NCBI GenBank assembly: GCA_032718475.1
Contig: JAUCBJ010008367.1
Span: 43,201-107,200, forward strand
Source: Nemertoderma westbladi
Taxonomy: Eukaryota; Animalia; Xenacoelomorpha
Reading direction: 5' to 3'
DNA length: 64,000 nucleotides
Shown in pieces: positions 11,601-22,400 of this stretch (its first letter is position 1; each line of letters opens with the position of its first letter). The notes beneath the pieces were generated by a model. That model was not told the DNA's origin. It did not search any database and saw nothing but the letters and a program-made list of their open reading frames with translations. Made by a program: the position numbers and the translations under genes.

Positions 11601-12954
11601 CATCCGCTTCGAATGTTTCAGGCGCTTTCTGACTCCGTTCCGTAACGTTGATAGTCAGTTCAAGGACCGCGCTCTGACCAAACTCAGCCTAAGAGACTCA
11701 GCTGCGGAGAAGCTAATCAGCGCGGGATTTGCTCTCTTTCAGGACGTTTGTATACAGAACTTACATTCATCTGTTATACAAAGACCCCGAATACCCACAG
11801 GTTATTCTGTCGTGGAAGTTCAGACAATGGGTCCGCTTGCGGAGACAGCCGCACCTACCTCAGCTATGCAATTGGAAGACGAACCAATATGCTTAGAATC
11901 TGAAGCGATCCAGCCTACAGCGCCCCGGAGCAGCGATAACGATTACGTCTTGGAGTGGTATCAAGGTCCACAATGTCTCACCGCATACGATTATCGACAC
12001 GCCAACTATGTTTCTCGAAAACGTTGTCGATTATGCGCATCGAGAGACCATTTCACCCCTATGGACTCAGACGTACCCTGCTCCTATTTCCACGAACAAC
12101 CGATGATGGAAATCTATTGTGCGTATTGCAGACTTAATAACTCGCATATTTTTGCAGTCTGCCCCCAATTTATGACTCAATGCCACCACTGTCAACTTAA
12201 AGGACATGCCAGTTATAATTGCCCCTTTAACCGCGATTTAGAAAGCGTAGATGAGATGATTACCCTGCGCTACATCCGAGCTTGGGAAGCGAACGTGGAT
12301 TTACATTGTGAGTCCCGCCATCGCTATTACCCTGGACGCTCTTACGAGGGAGTTTACACGTTCCATCCTTATTTATTCGCGTCTGTTGAACAAAAAACAC
12401 GCACACCGAGTTACGAACTAATGAAGCGTGTTGGTGAGTGTATTTCCACCAAATTTGTTCGAAAATATCTCAGGAACGTCAATCCTAACGATATTACTTC
12501 ATACCATTTGATCAATTTCATCCGTCAAGACTCTGAGTATGGCGATTTATTTATCAACTCGCACCCTGAGTTACAGGAAGTATCTCGACGGCCCTACGAA
12601 TATCGAGCCCGAGAACGCGAGCTGGAAAGAACCATTAAACCGAGGAAGTTTCTCACCACTCACGGTCCACCTACCGCCATTGTCCAGACGACCCGTCAAG
12701 GACCCGTAGGAGCTGCTGTCCTAAGACGCGCCCTAAAGGCCGTTAGACATCGCTCCACTGAAGTTGATATCGATCAACCAGGTACCTCGACCGGCGGATA
12801 CACCGATCGTAATCCTAAACCTTCTGATGCAATTGTATTGCACCCTTCACCCAGGAGTTACAGCCCTCCTAGTAAAGTGTCTCGCCCCAAAGAGAAAAGG
12901 ACTCTTGCTAGCCTCAAAAAACTGCGTAAACGCCGTCCGCGTAAGAAAGACTAA
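8700..12954 (+). pseudogene. Accessory ORF of the BEL element (~1,417 aa reconstructed): DEDDy 3'-5' exonuclease-like domain, three CCHC knuckles, basic C-terminal tail; one frameshift (~9780) and one in-frame TGA (11239-11241)
   Basis: ORFs 9874-11241 and 11257-12954 share a frame across a single TGA. Copy 2 reads through the 9780 junction (IQPVTEVEE.VVRN.LD), and the third-position substitution pattern switches frame there. Motifs: VVTYDNEG (10840-10863), LPQPVLEMLFNERILKIG...GD...FVDTQLIA, PLRPSLAIYTIFE; knuckles at 12025-12222; KKLRKRRPRKKD. Confidence 0.75.
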
Positions 12955-13032
12955 CTGTTTAGAGTATTTTTATATTTTAGAAACTGTGATTTGTTATATT
13001 TTATAGACTTAAATCCCATTTTCTGGGAGCGG

Positions 13033-14212
13033 TGTAAAGGCTTTTGCGGAATTAGCCGGTTATTTTCCCCGTAAAGTACTCTGTAGTTGGTTTAACAGGC
13101 ATAAAAGGCCGTGTCCTTACTGTACTGGTGTTTTAGAGGACATAAAAGCCATTTCTTCTGTATGTGTACTTTAGCGGACATAATTAGCAATTCTATGACG
13201 CAATGCGCCGGATCCTCTTGAAACAGTGTAGCTACCATGACGACGGCTAACAGCTGATGCTGTACACGTGGAGCTTTTTCTTTGTTCTCTGTTCCTTCTT
13301 TGTTCGGTCGACCAATCAGAGCGTTTTTTGCCTCTGCGTTAGAGATTGTATATAGAAACTCGTGGAGTTGAGTCAGTATGTGATTTTGTCCACAGCCTAG
13401 AACACCGGCTTTGGAACCTCCGTGTTTCAGTCTTTAGCCCAACATTAGTAGGCTTAATTATAGAACGTATATCTGTTATCATATCAATTCATAACATAAA
13501 AAACGAACCATAACTCACATATCATATCAATTTATACCTTAACACTTGTACTGCTATTTACTGTCGGTTATTCATTATATTTGTTGATGGAATATTATAT
13601 TTGGAATACTGATAAATAATCAGACACCCCGATCTTCTTGATATACTAAAGGTTAGAGAGACCGGTTACATATAACGATTGCGACTTACATTAAGTGGTT
13701 TGAAGTGAATCTAATGCTATTTCATAGGCCCTACATGTATTGTCTGTTGTTCTCTTTATATGTGACTAAAATTAGTGAAGGTCGGCAGATCAGTGTGCAG
13801 CATTGTGCAGTATTGTGTATGATTGTGACTGATAACAAAGCATCTCCTAAAGAATGCGCCATATACGTGAATCTATAGCCATCCCGTTGTGTCTAGTTTA
13901 AGTCATAACTCTGTTTACATATTTAGAGCGCCACGTCCTAAAGGAACTGTTAATATTTCCCGAAAGTGAATAATATTTGTCAGAGATTATATATATTACG
14001 ATCAGTCGAATAATACAGTAGGCCTACCCCGCAATACGGTTAGGCTTCCGAATCCAGTCTCCCGGGTATATCCAGCGGGTGAATGATCGCGCATAGACTG
14101 GCTTCGGCTAATGTAGTGTATCAAATACTTGTCATAGGCTAAAGACGATCTATTATCTAGAAGACATCCCAATTTGGCAGGTTAAACTGCTAAAGGTCTG
14201 AAAGCGCGAACA
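13033..14212 (+). repeat. 3' LTR of BEL copy 1 (1180 bp)
   Basis: Starts TGTAAAGGC after the PPT and ends GCGCGAACA; homologous to 16262-17465 and 30916-32119 but clearly diverged from them. Confidence 0.92.
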
Positions 14213-14806
14213 CCAGGCCTGAAGTTCAGTATTCTACTTTTGCTTATAGCAGAACGACATATTTTGCCATTAACATCTGGTTTAAAATGCGGAAGAATTA
14301 TAGTTAATTACTGTAGTACTGGAGTACACTCAAAGTACTGAAACACCGTGAAACACTGAATTGTACCGATTTACTGATGTCCTTGTATATATTCTTATTT
14401 TTGATGATGATATGGAGATGACGCTATATTAACTACTCTTATATCGCAACCTATCATTATTTATATTGGAAGAGGTAAGCTGTGGTTGGTAAATTAGCAG
14501 TCCCGGTTCACAATTAAGTGGTGTGCATGGGAATATATGTTATTTATTAGCCCCAACGTGCGTCAGCCTACCAAACTCCTTATTCATGTATCAATTTGCC
14601 TCAAGTCAGTAAATCAGTGTATTTCAGTCGGGTCCATAATACCCCGCCCCTAAAGGGTGTGCAGACTATGATTCTTGTTCACAATATGTTGTAATTTCCA
14701 TAAGAGATACGCCTGTTTGTTATCTAGAGCGCAACATCTGAAATGGAACTGTTAATACTATCCTGTATGTGAGCATAGCTGTTAGGAATTATATTCACAC
14801 TTATAT
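14213..14806 (+). mobile_element. Highly diverged remnant of a related BEL LTR
   Basis: Patches align in order to the LTR, e.g. ...ATTAAGTGGT...TATTT.ATAGCCC (~14510-14555) and CTGTTT...TAGAGCGC.AC.TC..AA.GGAACTGTTAATA (~14712-14757). Confidence 0.5.
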
Positions 14807-16195
14807 TTACTACTACTACTAGGTCGAGCGAAATCGGACATTGGAAATGAGATCCTTCCAGGCTTCCCGATTCTCCATAGTTGTCGCAATTTCATTTCTC
14901 CCAAGTTCAGTATCCCTTTCAAGTTGATCTATATATGTTATGGCCGGTCGTCCACGACTACGCTTTCCATGAGTTGGTTGCCAGAGAAGTAGATCTGGTA
15001 TGACCTCGTCTTTACTTCACCAGCAGTGCCCACTGAATCTTAATCTGCGTTCACGGAGGGTGGTTGATACAGGTGGTATTGTACCCTAAAGCTTGGCGTT
15101 TGTCATGTGTTGTCTCCAGCTGATGTTTAGGGCTTCCCTTAGTAGTCTTGTGTAACAACCATCAATTCGTTGTTCAAATGATTTAGTCAGTGTTCAGGGG
15201 TCACCCCCGTATAAAAATACACTTTCCACTGTGGCTCGAAAGAATTAGTCTTCAGGTGCCTGGAGAGATCTGAGTTCCAGATGGTATCCATTTTTGATAG
15301 AGCTACCCAAGCCTTTGCTTTCCTAACTTCTATGTCCTTTTTGCTACTCTCTATCCATGATCCAAGGTACTGGAAGTCATCGACCTTCCTTAGTTGATTA
15401 TTATCAATGGTTGTCAAGTCAAGAATGCTTTCTTGAAGTCAACAAAAGTCATCAATGCGGGGAGATTCTTTGACTTAATTCCTTCAATCAGTCTCCGTAG
15501 TGCAAGTATCTGAGCTATTGTTGATCTACTTGGTCGAAATCCGTTTTGGCTCTTACGCAGTAGTTTCTCTATGTGAGCCCTAATCCTATATAGAATCATT
15601 TTATTGTATATTTTGGCAGCTACCATAAGCAGACAGATCCCACGATAGTTTGTTGGTATGCCGATGTCTCCTTTCTTGGGGAGAGGCTTTAGTTGACCTT
15701 TAGTCCAAATTGGTGGTGGCTCTCTCAAAAGGCGCAACTTTGCACAACTTTTCCGACCAGATACCTCATTTACAGTTTGCCAGGTAAGTCTTGATTGTTG
15801 CTGTATGTGAGCAGTTGTAATTGCTTCAGTTTTATCCTGTATGTACTTTTCCTGGCTGATGTTGTAGGTCAATTTAAGATCGTCCTTAGATCGTTTCTCA
15901 ACCTTGTTAATGTTTTCGGTTGTTGGTTGTTCGGTTTTAACTTTGTAGGCTATCTCAAGATCTTCTCTCTTACAAGTAACCTCAGAGTTTTGCCATGGCA
16001 CATACTGTTTTCGTTTGGGTTTCTGGGGGATATGCCTCTTAGCTGATTCCTTGTGGGCTGTTATTATATTCTGGTATATTGAATTGGTGGATTGGTCTTC
16101 ATCCATTGACTGAAGTGCTTCAAAGCGGTTTTGAACTTCTGCTGTATAAGCATCCTTTACAGCATTGTCAGTTCTGAGTTTCTCCCACTTATATT
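14807..16195 (-). mobile_element. RTE-like non-LTR retrotransposon fragment, internally deleted
   Basis: LPKKGD..PTNYRGICLL, QNGFRPSRST, FVDFKKAF and FQYLGSWI in minus-strand ORFs; (TAC)n tail at 14808-14821. Confidence 0.85.
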
Positions 16196-16261
16196 TAAAG
16201 GGGCACAATTTTGGTAAGCCGATATATTTCAGGCTCCCTAACGGGTCATATGCCGCACTAT

Positions 16262-17465
16262 TGTAAAGGCTTTTGCGGATATAACTAGTCATTTTCCCCG
16301 CAAAGTACTCTGTAGGTGTTTTAGCGGACATAAAAAGCCGTTTTTCTTACTGTGTAGGTGTTTTAGTGGACATAAAAAGCCATTTTTCTGTATGTGTACT
16401 TTAGCGGATATAACAAGCCATTTTATGCCGCAATACGCCAAAATACTCTTAATACAGTGTGGCTTAGATGACGAAATCTATCAGCTGATTTTGATGTCGA
16501 TGTGGAGCTTTCTTAACTCTCTTTGTTCAGCTCACTCGATCAATCAGAGCGATTTTCATTTTATTTGCACAGAAGCCTCCGGGAAATCGCGCAATGCATG
16601 ATGGTCTTTGTTTACCTTTTCCTGAGCCCAGAACATCGGCTTTGGAATTATTCTTAGTTTCAGACTTTAGCCAAACATTCGACGGCTTTGATTATAGGAA
16701 CGTATAACTGTTATCAGCAAACCACTCAAGTTACGCAAAACAGCCCATATCATACTATACATACCTTTCACCGCATTATTTTACTGCTATTTACTGTCGG
16801 TTATTAATTGTTATAAGTTGGTGGATATGTTGTTATATTTGGAGAATATCGATAAATAATCATAAAACCCCAATCTTCTTGATATACTGAAGGTAAGAGG
16901 GACCAGTTACCTGTAGCAACTGCGACTTACATTTATAGTGGTTTTGGAGTGAATTGAATGCTATTTCATAATCCCTACATGTGTCAGTTGCTATTCTCCT
17001 TATATATGATCAAATTTAGTGAAGGTCGGCAGATCAGTGTGCAGCAGTGTGCGGTAGTGTACATGAGTGTGACAGATAACAAAGCATTTCCTAAAGAATG
17101 CGCTTTATACGAAAATCATTAGCCATCCCGTTGTGTTTAGTGTAAGTCATAACTCTGTTTACATACTTAGAGCGCCACGTCCTAAAGGAACTGTTAATAT
17201 TTCCCGAAAGTAAATAATATTTGTCAGAGATTATATATTAACGATCAATCGAATAGTACAGTAAGTCTACACCGCAATAAGTTCAGAGCCTCCGAATCCA
17301 GTCTCCCTTAACTGTGGGTGAATGGTCGCGCATAGGCTGGCTTCGGCTAATGTAACTTTATATCTTATATGCAACAAATACTTGTTATAGGCTAAAGTCG
17401 ATTTATAAACTAGAAGACACCTAAAATTAGCGGGTTAAACTGCTAAAGGTCTAAAAGCGCGAACA
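16262..17465 (+). repeat. 5' LTR of BEL copy 2
   Basis: Direct repeat of 30916-32119; four ~40-50-bp-spaced GCGGAYATAA-type subrepeats in the first 160 bp. Confidence 0.96.
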
Positions 17466-17476
17466 ATAACAGTTAT
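17466..17476 (+). promoter_or_regulatory. Non-tRNA primer-binding-site candidate (ATAACAGTTAT), complementary to LTR 16704-16714
   Basis: No TGG-starting tRNA PBS follows the LTR; the exact reverse complement ATAACTGTTAT is present within the LTR. Confidence 0.5.
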
Positions 17477-19068
17477 TGATTTTTTTCCTTTATTGCACAG
17501 TAGACAATAAATACAGTTTACTATTGTTCTGGTAAGAACAATAACAGTTATTCAGGTTTCTTTATTGAAACGTAGGCAATAAAGTCGAAAGTACCGGTCT
17601 ACCGGTAACCTGTAGGCCTGACTGCCTAACCACCCGAACCGGTACTTACAGCAGTATAGGTACAGCAGTATTATTAGATTTTGATAATTATATACCGGTA
17701 GGTCTTGATATTTAATCAGGGACGGCCGCCCTGGTTTTTTATTGGGATTTTACTTATTTCTGTCAGTTTTATTTATCTGTAAGTTAATATTGAGCAGAAG
17801 GCATGTAAGCCTGCTCAGATTGTACAAATAGTTTGTAGGCTGGATTGTTGTCTGGCTGTTGTCAGGTCCGAAGAGATTGCAGTGTGTGTAGAGTGTATGT
17901 CCGATAAAATACTAGTTAGGAAGGTAGGGGCATCCAGTGTTGTAAGGTAAATCCCCTCCGAAAGAATAAGTCGTACTACTCGGTTAGAACGCATACTAAC
18001 TAACCATTTCGGAGTCTGCATATACTGTAGTTTATTTAGGCTTGATAGTAGTCTGTCAGCATTTGGTTTGTATTTTGTTTGTGTAGTCTGTACGGGTAGC
18101 GTAATATTTATTATTCAGAGTTTATGCGATTATTCGCAACATACACCACCCCAAGTTTATTCCTACAGTAATTGTGCTTGTTATACATACCGTTATAGTT
18201 AAATTAACCCCGGTACTACATCAAGGCTGTTTGGCGTAAGTAAAGACTGGTGATTTTATGCTCTAGTCACTCCAGCAGATACCGTGGTTCTTTTAGCTGT
18301 ACAAGTATTTTTAACTGCTGGTTATTTGTTGTATAAGTACTTGTACCTAATTTAGGGTTTAGTGTACAGTGCTTTCCGAAGGAAATTAGTGTGTAGGCAG
18401 TATATTTGTGTTGTAAAGTGGTTAATAGGCACGTTAGCTATGGTAGGCTGCGGTAATTAACTTCTAGGTAGGGACATTCCGGGTACATAATGTAGTACTT
18501 ATAGAGCTGTAAAGCTAGAGACTATAAGTCGTCAGACGGTGGTATTTTCTTATCTAGACAATGCAATATATTTACTACTGCTTTATTATTTTCAAATACC
18601 GTAGTTTCCTGTCCGTTTGTAATAACCAGAAATTTCTAACCCCTTGTTAGGCTGGTTTGTAGATTTCCTGTAAAATTACCCTAAAATTTGTACGTGTGAT
18701 TTTTTTTGTGTTTATTTAGAGATTGTAATCTCACCCCTTAATTGTACGTAATTTGTAGTAATAAGTAACTTAGTAAATTAGAATTATTTGTTTTAGTGTC
18801 CAATAAGTAGCACTCCACTGAGAGCGTTCAGCTTCTGTGAAGTGACTCCTTACCTAGAAATAATAACATTTATTTCAAATATTGTAACAAAACCCATTAA
18901 ACGGGTATATATATATTATAAATCAACTCAAACCGATTTATAAAATAGTAGGCCTGTCATCCATCAATTAGGTCTTAATATCAGTTGGACTACTGCTTAA
19001 ATAACGGTAATAAAGTAACGTAAAGTAACCCTAAAATTCAGAAATTCAGTTATTCTAAAATAATTGAC

Positions 19069-19370
19069 ATACCGGTATTTACGATAGGCTTATTATATTT
19101 ATTTCTATAAATTTAAGCTGAAATTATATACCGGTATTCTGTAATTAATTCTAGTCTATAATTATACTTATATATGCTATAATGTAAGCTGTATACCGGT
19201 ATTCACGGTAGGCTTATTATATATTTATATATATTTGCGCTGAAATTATATACCGGTATTCTGTGACAAGCCCTAGTCTGTAATAATACATATATATATA
19301 CTATAAGTGTATACCGGTATTCTAATATATTGTATATATATCACATTACACTGAGTAACGATATCGGTAA
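19069..19370. repeat. ~60-bp-period array with palindromic ATACCGGTAT core in the BEL 5' leader
   Basis: Cores at 19069, 19128, 19193, 19250 and 19311, plus a degenerate one at 19361; spacers alternate A/B, giving a ~122-bp dimer. Confidence 0.85.
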
Positions 19371-19458
19371 TTAATTACTAGGCTTATAGTTGATACTGAA
19401 TTACTAGACTTGCTTTAACTGTAGTTCTAGCAGTAGGCATTCAACTGTACAAACAAAC

Positions 19459-22400
19459 ATGGCTGACATAAAGCAAAACCTGTCAGACAGTCTCCTAGAT
19501 ACAACAATCTGTGATCCAGATAGGAGTGCGGAACGTTTGAGACCGAAGTTCAACTCCCCTCCTACTGTAAGAAAGGTCATCCCTCCAGTAGTAGTATCAG
19601 ACCCTAGGCTAGTCAAACACCGTAGGTCCATCATAGGCACTCGGCCTCAAGTCAAGCGGGACCAAGAGGCAGCTGTTAAACAACAGCAACACTCGAGCTG
19701 ATAACTTATTTCTCAGCAGCCCGATAGCTCCAGTAGTTCACATACTGTAGAGTTGACACCCGAGCGTGGAGCAAAGATGGCAGAAGCAGTTTATTCGGAT
19801 CCACTTCTCATTCTTCCTGAAGCTGTACTTACTAGAGTATTAATTGTGATGGAGGAACATCAAATGGATTGGGCGAGAAGTAAGCGATCGACCAAGGACA
19901 GTTATGCGGGATACACGAAGGAGGAACTGAAGTCTATTGTTGAGACGCAATGGAATTTCCCCGTCCCGGACTCCCGTTTAACTTATCGGAAGCTGCCTGG
20001 GAGGACTTATACAGGATGGGAGTGGTAAGGGACACTAGAGTTCCAGCTGTGTGGAAGAGGTCGGCAGCAGGATATGTACAGGGATTCTTCAGCTCTTTGG
20101 AGCGATTAGAGGAACAACTGTTTCAACAACCCCAAGGACCTCAAGAGCAGGGAGAGCTGCTTTATCAAGTTCGAGAACGTATCCTAAGAATCAGACTAAT
20201 CCTATCGGCCTTTGAGGAAGCCTCGAAAAGAAGCCAAGACACGTCGTTGCAAGTTGCCGTAAAGACTTGGTTCCAGCGGGTGGGTCTCAAAGTTCAAGGA
20301 ACGGCCCAGTGGAAAATTCAGCTGGCTGAGCGCTCAACCCACGGAGAATCAACAGACGCTACCTTTTCTCAAGTGGAAAGCGAAGCGACATTGGAGAAAC
20401 CTCAGAAGAAGGACGCTATTGACATCTATCTGTTGGACTATCAACGATTTATTGGTGACAAAGAGTTGAGGAGACGGCTGGCTGGACTTCACCCTACTAG
20501 TGAAGGAGCCAAATTTGTGTTAGACGCATTAGATGCGGAAATGTTAGTCGCAGAGCAGGCTAAATTTGATGAAAGCATCCTCCTCGCTAGGGAACAGGAA
20601 GAACAATTAAAGAAAAAACGGATAGAAGACAGAAAGGTAGCAACAGCGGCAGTGGCAGAAGTTCAAAGAAAGGCGGCAGCTGCAGCGGCAGCGGCAGAAG
20701 CTGAAAGAAAAGTGGCAGCGGCAGAGGCAGAGGCTGAGGCAGCGGCAGCGGCTGAGGCAGCGGAAAGAAAAGCGGCAGCTGCAACGGCAGAAGCTGAAAG
20801 AAAGGTAGCAGCGGCAGAAGCGGAAAGAAAGGCGGCAGAGGCAGTGGTAGAAGCAGAACGGAAAGCATCTGAAGAGACAATCCAACTAGAGTTGGAAAAT
20901 CTTCAAGAGAAGCAAGATTACATCAATAAACAAAGAACAGCTAAGTATATGCAGATGATAAGTCGATCTACTCCCAAGAGACAGGGATTTACATCATCTG
21001 TTGAAGGTGATACCACAGATCCTGAAGGCGGAGGAAATAGATCTCGTTCCAGCGGACGTAGAAGAACGCCTCACCATCAGAAATTGCCTAATTTGCCCCC
21101 AGCTGTGAGAAGGCAACTAGCTAGTGCAGACTTAGGTAGTACAGAACCCACAGACCAAATTATTAGAATAGAAAGACTCCCTACTATAGTGGATGAGCCT
21201 GAAATAATTAGGCCTGTTCTCGAAACCACCCCCTCTGTGATGGAGACCCCTGTCCTTCCAGAACCTAACTCTAAATTCCCTTTGCACAGTACTAAACTAC
21301 CTGTATCCAGTAGGACAGTTCCTCAGACAACTCCGGTCCTGGACGCCGAGCGAGACATTAACAATTTGTCACCCGTCGTCCCTCGTCTACCCGCTACTAT
21401 GTTGGCGGCTCCCGCTTCGGCGGTAGAGTGGGTGGATGAGCGACGGCGGGGGATGGATATTCTCCTCAGGCAGATGGAGGAGAATCAGGCACGCTCCTCC
21501 CAGCAGGTCTGAGAGTTGGAGGGGACTGTTCAACAGTTAAGGGGAACAGTAAGAGAGAGTAGGTTAGAATTGCAGGAAGTGCAGCAGAGTATCGCGTTAG
21601 AACGCGATAAGTTAGTAAATCTACAAAAGGGTATACCACCACCCTCTGTAATAATGTGTCCACCTGTTATGTCTGTAATATTTCATGCGCAAGTTGTGGA
21701 GCCTACACGCATCTATACTGCTAGCGAAGTAGAAACTCCTATAATAAACCCCATTAAGGGTAACGATAAACCTGTTGATAATGATATTCCATATAGACCT
21801 GATAATAATCCGAGAAATTTATATACCGATAACTCGATATTAAATAATACGATGGCCCAAGAAAGTTTTACGTGTCAAATGGCTAGAACCGAAGCCCGTC
21901 AAGCGGTAAAGGTGGGAGAGATCGTCAAGTTCAATGGAGATGAGATGAAATGGTTACCTTTTAATGAATATTATAAAGATAACATACAGAACTCTGTGCT
22001 ATCTAACGGAGAGAAACTTAGATTCCTCATCGAGTGCTTGGAAGGATCTCCCAAGTTAATGGCGTTAAAGTTTATTGGACATCCAGATGGATTAAGACAA
22101 GTTTGGGATACACTAAACATCAGGTATGGTAATTGGAATAACATAGCTAGGTATTTGTATGCGAAATTGGTAGCGCCCCGAAAGTTTCTTAGCAGTGGGA
22201 TTATAGAATTTTCCGATGAGATCCAGGAGATTTGTAGACAATTAGATTGGCTAGGTAAGTCTCATGAATATCAGAGTTCTATGGTTATTGGAGCTGTAGC
22301 ATCTACCTTGCCAAAGGGTGGAGTGGGTACTCGTTGGGACAAAAGAGTTCTATATATGATGGAACAACAACGAAGAGACCCTACCATGGCTGATCTCATG

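Larger units (their letters stand above)
1..14212 (+). mobile_element. BEL/Pao LTR retrotransposon, copy 1 (5' end lies outside the window), with accessory ORF cassette
   Basis: BEL-type gag-pol; PPT-like CTGGGAGCGG at 13023-13032 followed by a TG...CA LTR homologous to the LTRs of copy 2; colinear with 16262-32119. Confidence 0.95.

Noticed and set aside
8700-12954. Accessory ORF as an env gene
   Set aside because: It sits at the env position but has no signal peptide or transmembrane anchor; it has nuclease and knuckle motifs instead.
15414-16331. 305-aa minus-strand ORF as a gene
   Set aside because: It is chimeric: it starts inside the BEL LTR and runs into a deleted RTE fragment.
16392-16601. 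69-aa ORF in both copy-2 LTRs (also 31046-31255)
   Set aside because: It is repeated only because the LTR is duplicated, and it is not preserved in the copy-1 LTR.
19069-19370. CRISPR-like repeat/spacer appearance
   Set aside because: The repeat is only 10 bp, spacers are homologous in alternation, there are no cas genes and the context is a eukaryotic retrotransposon.
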